A stretch of 34,084 nt of DNA from an uncultured Anaerolineaceae bacterium (GTDB lineage Bacteria; Chloroflexota; Anaerolineae; Anaerolineales; UBA11579): positions 1-34,084 of the forward strand of contig CAZEQN010000001.1 of assembly GCA_964514335.1 (NCBI GenBank), in the 5' to 3' direction. Position numbers and translations under genes: made by a program. A model generated the notes under the pieces. The model did no database searches, was not told where the DNA came from, and was given only the letters and a program-made list of their open reading frames with translations. Below, piece after piece: positions 33,634-34,084 of the stretch; position 1 is the first letter of the stretch, and the number at the start of each line of letters is the position of its first letter.

Positions 33634-34084
33634 TTAAAAAGTAAGCGTCACCGGGTCGCCCACGGCGGGGTTGAGCAGGGCGATGGCGCTGCTGTTCACC
33701 ACCGAAATCATCAGTTCGTCATTGCTGCCAAACAGGGCAATCAGCTCGCCGGGCTGGTGTTCGCCAACAGTCCGCGAGATGGTCGGGATGGTGGTGCTGC
33801 CGAGTGTGACCCGTACGCCAGCCGGGTCAATGTTTTCCAGATGCACCCGGTCAATGTTAGTGATGATATTGCCAAGGTGCTGGTAGAGCAGAATGACCTC
33901 GCCCTGAATGCTACCGGCGGCGCGCTGGGGTCGCGGCAGCGGCTGGCGCACCGGGTCAGTGATGGGTGTGCCGAGGTCTGCCAGCGGGACGCCGCGCGCC
34001 AGGTGGGCGGCCACGGGTGAGAAGATGTCGCGCCCATGAAAGACCACGCTGACTTTCGGCAGCCAGAATTCGGGCTTATCCGTG
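33634..34084 (-). CDS. SAM hydroxide adenosyltransferase family protein (DUF62, SalL/FlA-like fold). The N-terminus lies outside the window.
   Basis: It has the HGRDIFSPVAAHLARG motif and a C-terminal beta-barrel-like tail (GELIALFGSNDELMISVVNSSA). The frame stays open to the window edge. Confidence 0.8.
   Translation of the reverse strand, partial: TDKPEFWLPKVSVVFHGRDIFSPVAAHLARGVPLADLGTPITDPVRQPLPRPQRAAGSIQGEVILLYQHLGNIITNIDRVHLENIDPAGVRVTLGSTTIPTISRTVGEHQPGELIALFGSNDELMISVVNSSAIALLNPAVGDPVTLTF

Overview
This is a 34 kb segment of a high-G+C bacterial chromosome. I counted 38/60 G+C in the line at 19021-19080. Gene content (F420-type LLM oxidoreductase, FtsK with a basic N-terminus, GEG/ARNDK-type palindromic repeats) suggests a Chloroflexota-like host, at low confidence.

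Layout:
1. 1-15150: a plus-strand cell-surface polysaccharide locus. It holds a sugar dehydrogenase, a 4-epimerase, a Wzx-like flippase, two GT4 genes, gmd, a GtrB-like GT2, a UPF0104 flippase-like protein, a methyltransferase, two very large polytopic membrane proteins and an AsnB-like amidotransferase.
2. 15159-16002: a small membrane protein and a DinB-family protein.
3. About 16010-18205: AT-rich islet 1 (22/60 G+C at 16441-16500), carrying a C5-cytosine methyltransferase, an unassigned 249-aa protein and vsr as one tightly overlapping operon.
4. 18206-24091: core genes ftsK, a yceI-like lipoprotein, rnz, a cold-shock protein and an LLM oxidoreductase.
5. About 24104-26100: AT-rich islet 2 (17/60 G+C at 24841-24900), carrying a Dam-type N6-adenine methyltransferase, an unassigned 291-aa nuclease-like protein and a 68-aa zinc ribbon as one operon.
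6. 26223-26856: an MNT/HEPN toxin-antitoxin pair.
7. 26880-30058: an M42 peptidase, palindromic repeats, and DUF559, an acetyltransferase and wecB.
8. 30324-33571: an ECF transporter (fused ATPase, S component, T component).
9. 33634-34084: a 5'-truncated DUF62 SAM hydroxide adenosyltransferase gene.

I found no rRNA, tRNA, CRISPR array, integrase or transposase.

The best candidates for something undescribed are the two methyltransferase-led AT-rich operons. Islet 2 is the stronger one, because neither of its two non-methyltransferase genes matches a family I can name. All family assignments come from motif recognition by eye and need profile searches.
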